Source of the DNA: Camelus dromedarius
Taxonomy: Eukaryota
DNA length: 64,000 nucleotides
Reading direction: 5' to 3'
NCBI RefSeq assembly: GCF_036321535.1
Contig: NC_087437.1
Coordinates: 60,576,001 to 60,640,000, forward strand
This document shows, piece after piece, positions 40,902-52,605 of this stretch; the stretch's first letter is position 1; every line of letters begins with the position of its first letter. A model generated the notes under the pieces. It did no database searches, was not told the origin of the DNA, and saw only the letters and a list, made by a program, of their open reading frames with translations. The position numbers were made by a program, and so were the translations under genes.

Positions 40902-41599
40902 GTGAGGGCTTTGGCCACTCAGGGCTTCTCCTGCAGGGACTCTGCGTTTCCCTTCCTTCTTGAGCCACCCTCAGGGCTCCCCTTCATCTTGAGCCTCCTG
41001 TAAGGAACAGCACAGTCCCACCTACCCCCGGGGCCCTCCCGGAGGCCTCGGGGATGGCATCACTCCCTCCTGCCGAGCTGTTGCCACCATTTACATTTCT
41101 AGTTGGTTGGCTCCTCTAGGCACTCAACCCTCCCTCACTCATCCCAGGGCCCCAAAGCACAGCCAAGCCCAGGGCCCACCCACAGCTGGGAGGCGCCTCT
41201 CACCTGGTATAGACACAGTATAGGTTGCTATTTTTAGAAATGTGTCCTTGGCTTTACGGGGTCAGAAACTGTTTTTTCAGGACCGAAGGGGCCTGGCCAG
41301 GGGCCCTCGTTCTGGCAGCCTGGGCAGAAGCATTGCTTCTCATGCTCTGGCCTTCTTTTTCCAGTCACCCGCTGGCCACCCAGCTGTGTTAGTCTGAGGA
41401 GGTCCCTGACACATGCCAACCACATTCTCGAACTGCCCTCTTGGGATCATACCACACCTCGAATAGGGTTTGGGGTATCCCCATATCCCCTGTCCCTGAG
41501 TGTGCTGCCTTCTGGTCTGCTCCTCAAGCAGGCTTTGCTGTGGATACATGGGGGTTTAAACCCAGGTTCAGTATGACCTGCCCTCAGATAGATTACTCT

Positions 41600-41752
41600 A
41601 CACATTAAACTTCAGTTTCCTCCTCTGTAACATGGGAAAATTAACACTGACTACAATGCTGTGGCACTGGGAGGACTGAGATAATTCACACGATGTCCTT
41701 GCACAATGCATGGCACCAGGTGTGTGCTCACTGCAGGAAGTGGTTGCTATTA
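41600..41752 (+). mobile_element. MIR SINE
   Basis: ttcagtttcctcctctgtaacatggga..gaggactgagataat..gcacaatgcatggcac. Confidence 0.7.
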
Positions 41753-42534
41753 TGAGCTCAACTTCCATCCTTCTTGGTGGGCACCTCACTGTGGTGTGAC
41801 CACATGCATGCTATCCCCACGTGCATACACGCGTCCACATGGATACTCTGCCCCATACAGCACCACCCACAAGAGCCTGGAAGCCATATCCTCTCAGATG
41901 GCAACCAGGTGTGTGAGATTTCTCAGTCACTTGGCACATTTATCAAATATCTACTTCCCTGTGAGGATACAAAAAGACCAAGAAAGGAGCCCTGGAAGAG
42001 CTGTTCAGCTGAGCACGATGCAGCTGGCTTACGAGTAGGGCCAGCATCTAGCTCCCGCTACGTGGCACTCAGGTGTCCTCGGGCATAGGATAAATATTTG
42101 CCAAGAGAGTGGTTTCCCTCTCCTCCCTGTGTTTTGAGAAGTGACGTCTGTCAAATTAGTTATACTCTTTAAGTAATCATTTCCCCACTTCCATTGATTA
42201 CACATTACTGATTTTGAAATGAAACCCTCACTGAGAACAGTATCTGGTTCATAGTTGTCCTATGTGGCCATTTTGGGGTAAATGTGTCATTCCCCTGAGC
42301 CATTTTAAAATAACAACAGTCTTTCTCAAGGCCCACACTTTTGTGGCCCCAGTTTGGGAATCACTGATCAGATCCAGTTCCCCGTTTTTGCTCAGACTGA
42401 AGCGTGGAGAGTTTAGTTGAGTCCCTGGGGAGCCCAGCCCCCCTGACTCCAGCCTGAGTGGCCTGAGCCCTCCCCGGGGCACCTGGAGGGGACCCGACTT
42501 TGTGCACTTGACTTCCTTCTGCCTTTTTCTGCAG

Positions 42535-42691
42535 CTGTCAGCGACTATTTTGGGGGCAGCTGTGTCCCCGGGGCAGGAGAAACCAGTCACTCCCAGTCCC
42601 TCTGCCGCCTCTGCCGGGGCAACGCCGCTGGGGAAGGGGTGTGTGACAAGAGCCCCCTGGAGAGATACTACGACTACAGCGGGGCCTTCCG
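42535..42691 (+). CDS. MELTF: MELTF exon 5 (A)VSDYFGGSCVPG...YYDYSGAF(R) (Tyr210)
   Basis: ctgcag| and |gtgaga; 157 nt. Confidence 0.96.
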
Positions 42692-43780
42692 GTGAGAGGG
42701 GCGCGGTCAAGGCTGCAGAGCTGGGGAAAAACACCTCGGCACAGAGAGGGCCCCTGGGAGGGGTGGCGGTGTTGGCTGCAGCTCATCAAAGCACCCTTTA
42801 TATAGTTCATGTGCCTGGTTAGTTTAAAAACCTCAAACTGGAATATGCCAGACAGGATCTGCTCATAAAATCAACATGTTTGGTATATTTAGAGAGGTGA
42901 GGGCTCAGAGAGAAGAAAATGGCAAAAACAGCCCGTTGCCGCTCCCATTCTCCATTCTGGTGTCTGTGAGAGCAGGGAGGGCGCTGGGGTGGGCCAGAGG
43001 CTTGACGGTCAGGGCTGGCCTCTCTCTGCCCTGTTCAGGCTGGCCCTTTAGATCAGCCCTGAATGGAGCCAACAGAGCCACTGTGGCTGGTGGTGCCCTT
43101 CCTTCTGTCCACAGAGGAGGAAACGTGCTTGGTGGGGCTGAGTCCCTCTAACTGCCCTGGCCGCAGTGTTTCCACCTGGAACCGGAGAGCGTGCTGGTGC
43201 CCCACGCTGCAGGGTGTGATCTGGGGAAATGCAGTTTGGGGCACAGACAGAACAGCAGTCCTCAGTCCTCTCGCCCACCCGGCCTCTACTGGTGTTGTCC
43301 CCCCAGTCCATTCCCACTTGTTTGCCGGCTGTGGGGACCCAGGCTGCCCCTTTGCCCTGAACTGCCTCCCTCACTGGGAGTCACAAACAGAGGATCCTTA
43401 AAAGTCCTGGTCCCTTCCACAAAGGGTTTTTGCTGTGGCATGAGAAGGTCTAGTCCAACTCCATGCTGCAGGATAGAGTCATCTTCAAAACACCCTAAGC
43501 ATTAAGGGTGCTGATGAAGCAACCGCCGTATGAGCACCGGCCCCGAGCCCTGCTGTGCAGAATCTACACAGATTATACAGGATGTCTCCCTACCGGGAGC
43601 TGCTTTCCCACTCCCACTTTACAGGCGATAGAGGATGGGAAGGCTCCACAACTTGCAAAAGCCCCACAGCAACAAATTGGGGAGTTAGAACCCAGGATTC
43701 CATGACTGTGAACCCTGTGCCCCCTGTAACGCCCCGGGGTCCAGGCCAGACCTCCAGGCTCACTGGTTCCTCCTGCGCAG

Positions 43781-43848
43781 GTGCCTGGCTGAAGGGGCCG
43801 GGGACGTGGCCTTTGTGAAGCACAGCACGGTGCTGGAGAACACAGACG
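43781..43848 (+). CDS. MELTF: MELTF exon 6 [22 protein letters not shown]
   Basis: gcgcag| and |gtgagt; 68 nt. Confidence 0.96.
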
Positions 43849-44149
43849 GTGAGTGGTGGGGCTGGCCCCAGGTCTCAGGCCGGGTAATGTTCTCTGAAGG
43901 AAAGAAAGAGGTGGTGGAGCTCAGCGGCTCTGCGGTGTGAGCGGCCCTGCCCCTGCTCTGATATGTATCTGGCACTGGGTTCCATTTTCCATGTGAAGAC
44001 TGGGTTCTGCTTTTTAAAAAAAGTTTGCAAACCTCTGCACTAGCTCTCATCTGTCTTCCGCTCTGCATTTGCTCCTGTTCCTGAAGAAGCCACCCCTTAT
44101 CCCTGGACGAGGACTTACTAAAGATGGGTTGGTGTTAGGGACTGATCCA

Positions 44150-45150
44150 TTATATTGTTGTCATTTATAAATTTGTAGATTTTGAAATAATGAACTTCAG
44201 AAAAGTTGCAAGAATAATTCAAAGAACTCCCATTTATTCGTTACCCCAATTCCAGCTTTTAGCGTTTGCCACGTGGAATTGATCATTCTTTCTACGTGTG
44301 TGTCTTTCCTAACAATTTGAGAATATGTTTGCCCACGTCACACCCTTTAAAAGACTTTAGTGTGTGTCTCCTAATAACAAAGTGATGTGGACTTCACCAC
44401 AATACAGTTTCCTAATTCATCAAATGTAACATCGACAATATCTAACCCACAGTCCATATTCCAGATTCACTAATTTCCCCAGTGCTGTCCTTTGTAGCAA
44501 TTTTATCAGGCCAGACCTTATCTATCAACACACATTTTTGCCTGGGAGTAGCAAAAATGGTTAGAAAATAGAATAGAAAAAAGGACATGGAGGAAATATA
44601 CCAAAATACTAATGGCTGGAGTTGTGGGTGAAGCTTTGGGGATTTACTCTCTTCTTTCATTCTGGCTGATTCTGTCAGGGTTTGTTTTCACCATGGCCCC
44701 CTGACCCCTGTCCTCTGCTCAGAGCTAAATTTAGTGCCAGATGGCAGTGGTGAACTCCTGATACATTCCTCTTCCTCATCCGAGTTGTTGTCTCTTTAGT
44801 TTCCTGTAACTTTGAACAGTCTCTCAATCTTCTTTGTGTTGACACTGACATTTTTGAAGAGTCAGGCCAGTTATTTTACAGACTAATTAGGATTTGCCAA
44901 AGAATCCTTTTTTTTTTTTTGAAGTATAATTTTTATACGGCAAAATGCACTCCTTTCGAACTGCTGTTCTATGAGTTTTGCCAAAAGCATGCAGTTGTAT
45001 AACCACCACCACAATTGAGACAGTAACCATAACAGACCTTTCACCCCAAAAGTTTCTTCATGCCCCATTCTGGTCAGTCCTTTCTGACCCCCTCTCTGGT
45101 GACCACAGTCAGACTTCTGTCTCTCCAGTTTTGCCTGTTCTATAATGTCT
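44150..45150 (-). mobile_element. Old antisense L1 3' UTR fragments, interrupted at ~44553-44781
   Basis: cagaaaagttgcaagaata..agaactcc, cagtccatattccagatt, tctctttagt..tttttgaagagtcaggccagttatttt. Confidence 0.7.
44553..44781 (+). repeat. Local duplication, copy 1 (partner at 46159-46520)
   Basis: Direct repeat from aaaaatggttagaaaatagaatag to gtgaactcctgatacattcctc. Confidence 0.92.
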
Positions 45151-46158
45151 GATCATTTTTTTTTAAATCATTATCTCTTTTTGTTGTTGTCAGTCTTTCC
45201 CTTTAAATCAGAAGGTCCACCATGTAACCTGGCATTCATGAAGGCAAACAACATGCACTAGATTTGAGAAAACAACTGATCTGAAAAAGGAGGACATAGG
45301 ATTGTCTCCAGAGCAGGACAATCTTATAAAAATAGATGGCCAAGACTTGGGCCCCAAGATGAGTCAAGCAAATCAGAATTTGGAAGGTGGAGAAACAATT
45401 AGGGATGTATTGGGTTAAAATCAGCTCTTAAAATTTTGATGGATAATTGAAAAAAATCTAATGAAGTAATTTTTTAAAGAGTATCTTCCTACAAAAAGAT
45501 TGGTAAGAGCTAAAGTATGGAATTGACATAAATGTGCAAAGTAGTGATGTAATATGGCTTTAATTGTCCCTAGTGATGGAAAACAGGAGTGGCAGATTGA
45601 AACCTAATGATGCATTTGTCTCAGGGGAAGGCCAAATGATCCCCCAGAGTTCTATACAAAGGCTTTACAGCAGTTTAAAAATAGAGGAAAGTTGGGGAGT
45701 GGGGAGAGAATGACACTGAGTAATTGTTGAGAATGCTATAAATTATCATGCAGTCATTAAAAATGACCTTTATGGAGTTTTCCAAACTATTACTCTCTTG
45801 GTTTTTGGGTTTTGTTTTTAAATAGCTTCGGAACGAATAGAATGTTCATGATCCCACAAATGATCTTTTCCCCTCCTATTTTCTAGCAGAGGTTTATCCT
45901 CCTCATTTTAAAATTTAAAAGTCATTAAAATATTGTTATGTAGGACCATCTGTGGTATATTTTATTGCATGAGTTACAATCCTTAAAATTAGTCTCCTTA
46001 GTATTCCTATTTGGTGTCAGTATTCACTCTTTCAAATAAATCTTATTTTTTTTTATCATAAATGAGTTTTATAGAAAATTTCCAGTAATGTGGGAAAATA
46101 TTTTTAAATCAGTGAGGAAAAAGCAAAATTGCCTATCATGTACGTCCTTAACAATATT

Positions 46159-46520
46159 AAAAATGGTTAGAAAATAGAATAGAAAAAAGGACATGGAGGA
46201 GGAGGGGGATATAGCTCAGTGGTAGAGCACATGCATGAGGTCCTGGGTTCAATCCCCAGAACCTCTATTAAAAAAAACTTTTTTTAATAATAAATTAAAA
46301 AAAGAAAAAAAAGGGCACGGAGGAAATATACCAAAACATTAATAGCTGGAGTTGTGGGTGAAGCTTTGGAGATTTACTCTCTTCTCTCTGTGCCACCGTT
46401 CTGGTCGATTCTGTCAGGGTTTGTTTTCAACATGGCTCCCTGTTCCTTGCCCTCTGCTCAGAGCTAAATTTAGTGCCAGATGGCAGGGGTGAACTCCTGA
46501 TACATTCCTCTCTCTCATCC
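46159..46520 (+). repeat. Local duplication, copy 2 (contains a SINE)
   Basis: Same sequence as 44553-44781 with a SINE insertion and scattered substitutions. Confidence 0.92.
46201..46302 (+). mobile_element. tRNA-derived SINE (camelid Vic-1-like)
   Basis: TAGCTCAGTGGTAGAGC A box, GGTTCAATCCC B box, A-rich tail; ~20 bp TSD agaaaaaaggacatggagga at 46181-46200 and ~46303-46324. Confidence 0.9.
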
Positions 46521-46685
46521 TAAGCGTCTCTTTCTTCCTTTTTTTATCTTTAACGAGCAGTTATGTTTATATGTTATATTATTGTTAGATATCTCAAATC
46601 CATTTTATTAGTAGAAATTGGTGAGAAATAGAAAACGTAAGTAAACAGACACAACCTACAGAGACACTGTAGGGTGCAACCACCA

Positions 46686-46785
46686 GTGTGGTTCTGGTTC
46701 TTGTCTGCTGGTGTGGTTCTGGGCTCTTACTTCCTGGTGTAGTTCTGATTCTCACCTCCTGATGTGGTTCTGATTCTCACCTCCC
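46686..46785. repeat. Minisatellite, four copies of a ~25 bp unit (gtgtggttctgattctcacctcctg)
   Basis: Direct reading. Confidence 0.8.
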
Positions 46786-46929
46786 ATAAGAGTTTCTTTT
46801 CACTGTGGGTCTGATGCCCATAACACCTCAGGCTCTCCCCAGGCTCCCTCTCAAGGGCCCTCCCTGACACCCTCCCCAAACCCCTCCCAGGACAAGTGTT
46901 GGCTCATCACAGGATTCCCATCTTCCCAG

Positions 46930-47117
46930 GGAAAACCCTTGCCTCCTGGGGCCAGGCACTGCTGTCAAAAGACTTCGAGCTGCTGTGCCGGGATGGCAGC
47001 CGGGCTGATGTCACTGAATGGAGGCGATGCCACCTGGCTCGGGTGCCTGCTCATGCCGTGGTGGTCCGGGCCGACACAGATGGGGGCCTCATCTTCCGGC
47101 TGCTCAACGAAGGCCAG
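46930..47117 (+). CDS. MELTF: MELTF exon 7 (G)KTLASWGQ...VPAHAVV...NEGQ (His279)
   Basis: tcccag| and |gtgagt; 188 nt. Confidence 0.96.
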
Positions 47118-47837
47118 GTGAGTTCAGGGCGCCCCACACAGCTTCTTGGGGTGTTGCTGGACCTTCTTGTCATTCACCAGTATGGAAGCTCAGAGCCAGA
47201 GCCTCCTGGGGCTTAGCCAGCCAGACCAGGAGGGGCAGGACCCAGAGACCCTCCCCTGGGTATCCAGGCCGCTGGGGTGTTCAACCTCAGTCCAAGAGTG
47301 TGAAGCAGAGACCCACTATGCCGGTTGGCAGTGAGGAGGACTGGCCAGAGCGGGGAGACCAGGGGACTCACGCACCCCTCAGAGAAAGCTCCTGGTACTT
47401 GTGGCTCTTAAAACCAAAACCAGAACATATGAGCAAATAAACAAAATGGCAAAACCAATAAATGCCAAAGTACACCATTAAATGTGGTAAATAATGTTTT
47501 CCTGAAGCCACTGCTTACAAGAGCAGCAAGTTTCTGACTGTGAGCCACATCAGCTTTACTTTTGCGCATCTGAACCACCAATGCTCAGCCCTGTTGCTTG
47601 TGCTCAGTACCATCACACACCTGGGCCATGAGCCATGTGTTCAGTCAGCTAAGTGTGACAAAGCAGAATGCACTGGTGAAGCACAGGGGACCCAGGAGGG
47701 AGGTGGAACCTCACTTGGTCCTCAGAGTGGGTGACAGCCTGAGGGCGCAAGAAGAAGGAAGTGGTGGCTGAACTGGGAGGAAAGGATGCCTCTGGGCAGC
47801 ATCTTACCAGCCCTCATCCCTACCCCTTGACACACAG

Positions 47838-48018
47838 CTTCTGTTCAGCCATGAGGGCAGCAGCTTCCAAATGTTCAGCTCTGAAGCCTATGGCCAGAAG
47901 AACCTGCTGTTCAAAGACGCCACCTCCGAGCTAGTGCCCATTGCCACGCAGACCTACGAGGCATGGCTGGGCCGCGAGTACCTGCATGCCATGAAGGGTC
48001 TCCTCTGTGACCCCAACC
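47838..48018 (+). CDS. MELTF: MELTF exon 8 LLFSHEGSSFQMF...LLCDPN
   Basis: acacag| and |gtaagt; 181 nt. Confidence 0.95.
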
Positions 48019-48800
48019 GTAAGTCCACCTGTCTCTTCTCCCACTGGCCCCAGCCTGACCGTAGACATGGCCAGCCTTTCTGGAGAGGTGGCCAGAGAAG
48101 GACACTCACCGCAGGAGGTGTGTGTGCCTCTTGGCCTCCCTGAGAACCTGTCGATCCCGCCTCCCTGCCTCTAGGGGTTGGGGAGTAAGCATCTCTGGAG
48201 TTGCATAGCCTGCTGTACCCTGGAAGCCCCATCTGCTCCAGGGGGTGAAATCCAGGCCCTCCAGGTCTGTCTTGGGAAGGGTCTCCTCGCCCCTCCACAC
48301 AGAAGTTGTCAAGCCCTGTAATCCTCCATCACTGTGCCTCACTTCTCCCACAAGGCCTCGCTCCTCCCATTGTGCCACGCTCCTCCCAAAAGGCCTCGCT
48401 CCTCCCATCACACCTCCTTCTTCTCACCATGCCTCGCTCCTCCTCCCCACCCCTTGGCTAGGGCCTTGCCTCCGGCATTCTCTGCCCTGGACCCTTACAG
48501 GAGTCTACAAATGGCTGCCTGCCTCCAGCCCTAACCTCCGTATTCCTCCGCCTACAGTCAGGAAAATGGTGTGCCACATCTAAGTTAGATACATGACCGC
48601 CATGATTTGCCTTCAGCCTCCTCACAGCCCCATGAAAGAGGTCACTTGTCCCCTTCCTGTGTAAGGAAACAAGGTCAGACGGTGAAATAACCAGGGAATG
48701 GGCCAGAATTTCCTTGGGTCTGACTCCGAGCTCTTCCTGCTGAGGGACAGCCCCTGAAGCAGGCCAATGTGGAGGTGACCACGTGCTCACACCCACACAG

Positions 48801-48952
48801 GGCTGCCCCACTACCTGCGCTGGTGTGTGCTGTCCACGCCCGAGATCCAGAAGTGTGGAGACATGGCTGTGGCCTTCAGCCGGCAGAGGCTCAAGCCGGA
48901 GATCCAGTGTGTGTCAGCTGAGTCCCCCCAACACTGCATAGAGGAGATCCAG
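48801..48952 (+). CDS. MELTF: MELTF exon 9 (R)LPHYLRWCVLSTPEIQKC...EEIQ, C-lobe start
   Basis: acacag| and |gtggga; 152 nt. Confidence 0.95.
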
Positions 48953-49909
48953 GTGGGAGCCAACTCCAGAGGGGCATAGTGGGCCAGGTGGGCAGGTGGG
49001 GCAATGCCTGCTATAGTCCTTACTGACCCTCCCTCTGTCCCACCTGGTCTGGAGGATACAGAGGAGGAGAAGGTCTCCTGTGACAATTCCCATAGAGAAA
49101 GGGAAGGAGGAAGTTGCTGCAGGAAGGAGCTACCCTGCCTGTGGGCAGGGCAGAGGGGGTCTGTTTCCCCTGAGGGAGCTCAGGGACTCCTCCCCACTGA
49201 GCAGGTGGGCCCCAAGAAGAAGGAGTGTGAGACTGACACAGCTTGGCACTGATGACCCTGTGGCCTTGGGCAAGCCCCTTCCCCTTTCTCAGTCTCAGTT
49301 TCTCTGTACACAATAGAGAGTGGGCTCGGATCATCATTTATTAAACTGCAACCCAGTCAAAAATACATTTTACATCAATCACAGCCTAGTACACAAAAAC
49401 TTTTCTTTCAGATGTAAATATGTAAAAATATATATCACTTACGTAGAGATACAAAACAAAACAATACTTACCCTTACTAAGTACAATGTGTGCTGATAAT
49501 TTCTGTTGTATTCTCTCCTAGTCTTTTTTTTTTTAACCTTGTCATGGACCATTAAATTGATTAAGCATCCATTAATATGCCTGCCACCTGTAATTAAAAG
49601 CACTGGCCCTGGGCTCTGAGGCCCGTTCAGCTCTGTTCTGTTTTGCTTCTCCAACTAGAGACTGAGGCCAGGACTCGGAGCCAGCTCCAAGGCCCTGCAG
49701 TCAAGGATGACATCCTTCTGTGGTCACAGGTGTCCCTCCTGTTTTTTTAAGAGCAACTAGCTGGGGCCTGATGGTGAGGAGCTTTTTTCAGGGTAGTCCC
49801 CTAGTGTAGACCAAGCCAGAGCCCCTCAGACATGTCCACCCTGCCCCAGCTAGGCAACACCCTAACTTGAGGTGAGTGGACAGGAATAACAGGGGGCCAG
49901 GATCGTGAT

Positions 49910-50105
49910 CTCATAAGCACACACTTCCTGTGTACCTCACACTGTGCTAAGCCTTCACGTGGGTTACCTTAGTTAATCCACCCAATAGCATTATGGGGTG
50001 GGAATGATTACTATCAGATGTGGAAACTGGGGCCAGGAGAGGATGAAGAATAACTTGCCCAAGGTCACCCAGCTCAAGGGGCAGGGAGCCTGTCTCAAAC
50101 TCATG
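49910..50105 (-). mobile_element. MIR SINE
   Basis: cactgtgctaagcc..cagatgtggaaactggggcc..aacttgcccaaggtcacccagct. Confidence 0.75.
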
Positions 50106-51380
50106 GTGCTGCGGGCAGAGGAGTTCAGCTGGAATCAAGGAGACTTAGGGGTGGGAACTCTTCATTTCCTGATGCTGGGCAGGCTGTCCTGTGAAGGAGT
50201 GGTTGGTTCCAGGAGCCTCAGAGCAGGGAGAGATGCAGGGAGTGAAGTTTCAGCTCTCTCCAGGCAAGATCCTTCTCTCCATCTGAGCTCACATCACAGA
50301 GGGCCAAGGGGCTGGCCAAGGGCCTGTGGGGAGACAAGTGGATTTCAAGGTTTCCTGAGAACCCCAGCAAAAGGCTCAGAGATCGTCAGTTCTAACTCCT
50401 AAGGCTCTTGGAGATGGTGTCCAGTGTAGCTCTAACGTGTTTCGTGCCTGGCCACGGTGACCCAGGCAACAGAGGATCATCTGGCCCAGCCCCTGGGTTG
50501 TGGGTCCAAAGTGTGAGTTCTTCCCTGACATCACAGTGGGTAGGAGGGAAGGCCTCCAGAGACATAACCTCCAGGCTCAAAACATCAGGGCCACTGCCTA
50601 GTATTCTATCATCAGAACTTCATGCCTCTGGCCCTGAATGGTGTGGGGCACTTTCCTGGGGTACAAGTGTCTCCTCTCTCCCCGGGCCCTACCTCCTTCC
50701 CTTGGGGTTTGTCATACTACTACGGCTAGATTATCAGTTAACCCTTTTACAGGGTCCATGGGGCTACCTGTCCAGAGGCTTCAGAATGGACAAGTAGGGG
50801 TGGGATACAGGTGACCTGGAAGGCTCTAGAGGGTCTGAAGGAAGAGGATTCTGGGCATCTCCTGCTGCCTCCTGAGGCAAGACTTCGTCCATCAGCCCTG
50901 GAACCTCCTCCCACAGACCCGGAGACTGCCACCTTCTCAGACCCGGCTCTTCATCCATCCACACACACATTTGAGAAATGTGTATTGTATCCATGATGTG
51001 TGCCAGCCTTTGGCCAGGTGTAGGGGTGCAGTACAGTGCCCCAGACCTCTGAGGCTGGCAGTCCATGGGGAGACCCACACCGAGAACTAGAGCAGGCCCC
51101 ATTCTGGGTTCTGCTCAGAACAGGGCCTGGCAACAGGAGACCTTCAGAAAACATTTGTTGAAAGATTGAAAGACACCCATGAATGGGAGTGCTGATGGTG
51201 GTTTGTTTCAAGTCTGTGTTCCTCCAAGCACCTCTCTTGCCCACACATCTTCACAAGGAGAGAAAGGAGCAGATGGGGTAGGATGGGGTTCCCACTGGAA
51301 GGGAGCCTGAGGCCAAAGTCCCCTGAGAGACCCTGCCTGGGGCCCTCTCTAGCCCAACTGCTCTTTCTGTCCCCCTGCAG

Positions 51381-51477
51381 GCTGGCCAAATTGACGCTGT
51401 GACCCTGAGGGGCGAAGACATCTACACAGCGGGGAAGACGTACGGCCTGATTCCGGCAGCCGGGGAGCACTATGCCC
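51381..51477 (+). CDS. MELTF: MELTF exon 10 AGQIDAVTLRGEDIY...GEHYA
   Basis: ctgcag| and |gtaagt; 97 nt. Confidence 0.95.
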
Positions 51478-51625
51478 GTAAGTGCAGGTGCCCGCCGCCT
51501 GTATCGCTGGGAGGTGGTTGATATTTTTATATTTATAAAAACTTCTCCCTCAGAGTCTCTCTCCCTTGGTGTCTGTCACAGGCAAACCCCTCCACGCACA
51601 ATGTGCATACCCAGTCACCGGAAAG

Positions 51626-51808
51626 TTTGGTAAACTTTCTGCAAAGGGTCAGAGAGTAAACACTTCAGGCTTTTCAGGCCACATACAGACTCTGCTGCAT
51701 GTTGTTCTTTCTTCTTTTTTTCTTAGCAACACTTTGAAAATATAAAAATTATTTTTAGCTTGCAACCCAGGCTGTACAAAAACAGGCTAAAGTTGTTAGC
51801 TGAGCCCT
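51626..51808. mobile_element. MER58-like DNA transposon relic
   Basis: ggtaaactttctgcaaagggtcagagagtaaa..ggcttttcaggccac..tacaaaaacaggc. Confidence 0.6.
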
Positions 51809-52410
51809 GGATTAGGGAGCCTCCTCGGCCTCCTCCATCCCACCCGTGTGGCTCATGGAAGGTGTCCCTGGTACCCTCCTTCCTGTCAGCTCATGTACAC
51901 CTTCCCAGCAGCTTGGGCCAGTGGCTTGGTGCTCTGTCCTCTTGAGTGGTGACCTCAGGTTCCCTCCACTTGGATGTGAAAACTCTCTCCACTTAGGGAA
52001 AGTGCTTCTGCAGCCTCAGCTGTGCCTCCACTGTTTTCCCAGGAGGTGAGAAAAATACCACCTGATTGTAAGGGACGAAATCCCTCTGTGTGAGGACTGT
52101 TGGAGGGTGGTGTTGAGACACAGAATGCTGAAAAGTGGAGCCCCACAGGCTGCTTATCCGCAATGTGGGGACATGTAGGGGTCCTGCTGCTGGATGTGCC
52201 TGCTAAACACCTACCTGGCCCTCGGACCCGGGCGCTCCTGAGCCCCGGCAACCAGGGCCGACACTGTCGGGACCAGGACCACAGCACTGACCAGCAACAG
52301 GAGAGAAGATTTGAGGGAAGAAGGGCTCTGTCAGGATCTGGCCCTGGCTCTTGCCCTACCAAGGCCAGGCGAGCACAGATGAGGGGCCTCACTGGTGTCC
52401 CCTCCCCCAG

Positions 52411-52605
52411 CGGAAGACAGGAGCAACTCGTACTTCGTGGTGGCCGTGGTGAAGCGGAACAGCTCCTACGCCTTCACGCTGGACGAGCTGCGGGGCAAGC
52501 GCTCCTGCCACCCGGCCTTCGGCAACCCCACTGGCTGGGACATCCCCGTGGGCGCCCTCGTGCAGAAAGGCTTCATCCGGCCCAGGCACTGTGATGTCCT
52601 CACAG
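52411..52605 (+). CDS. MELTF: MELTF exon 11 (P)EDRSNSYFVVAVV...CDVLT
   Basis: ccccag| and |gtacac; 195 nt. Confidence 0.95.

Noticed and set aside
46206..46260. tRNA gene-like sequence with A and B boxes
   Set aside because: Anticodon arm incomplete, followed by an A-rich tail and flanked by a TSD: a SINE, not a tRNA
46686..46785. Regular repeats resembling a CRISPR array
   Set aside because: Head-to-tail units without unique spacers, in a mammalian intron, with no cas genes
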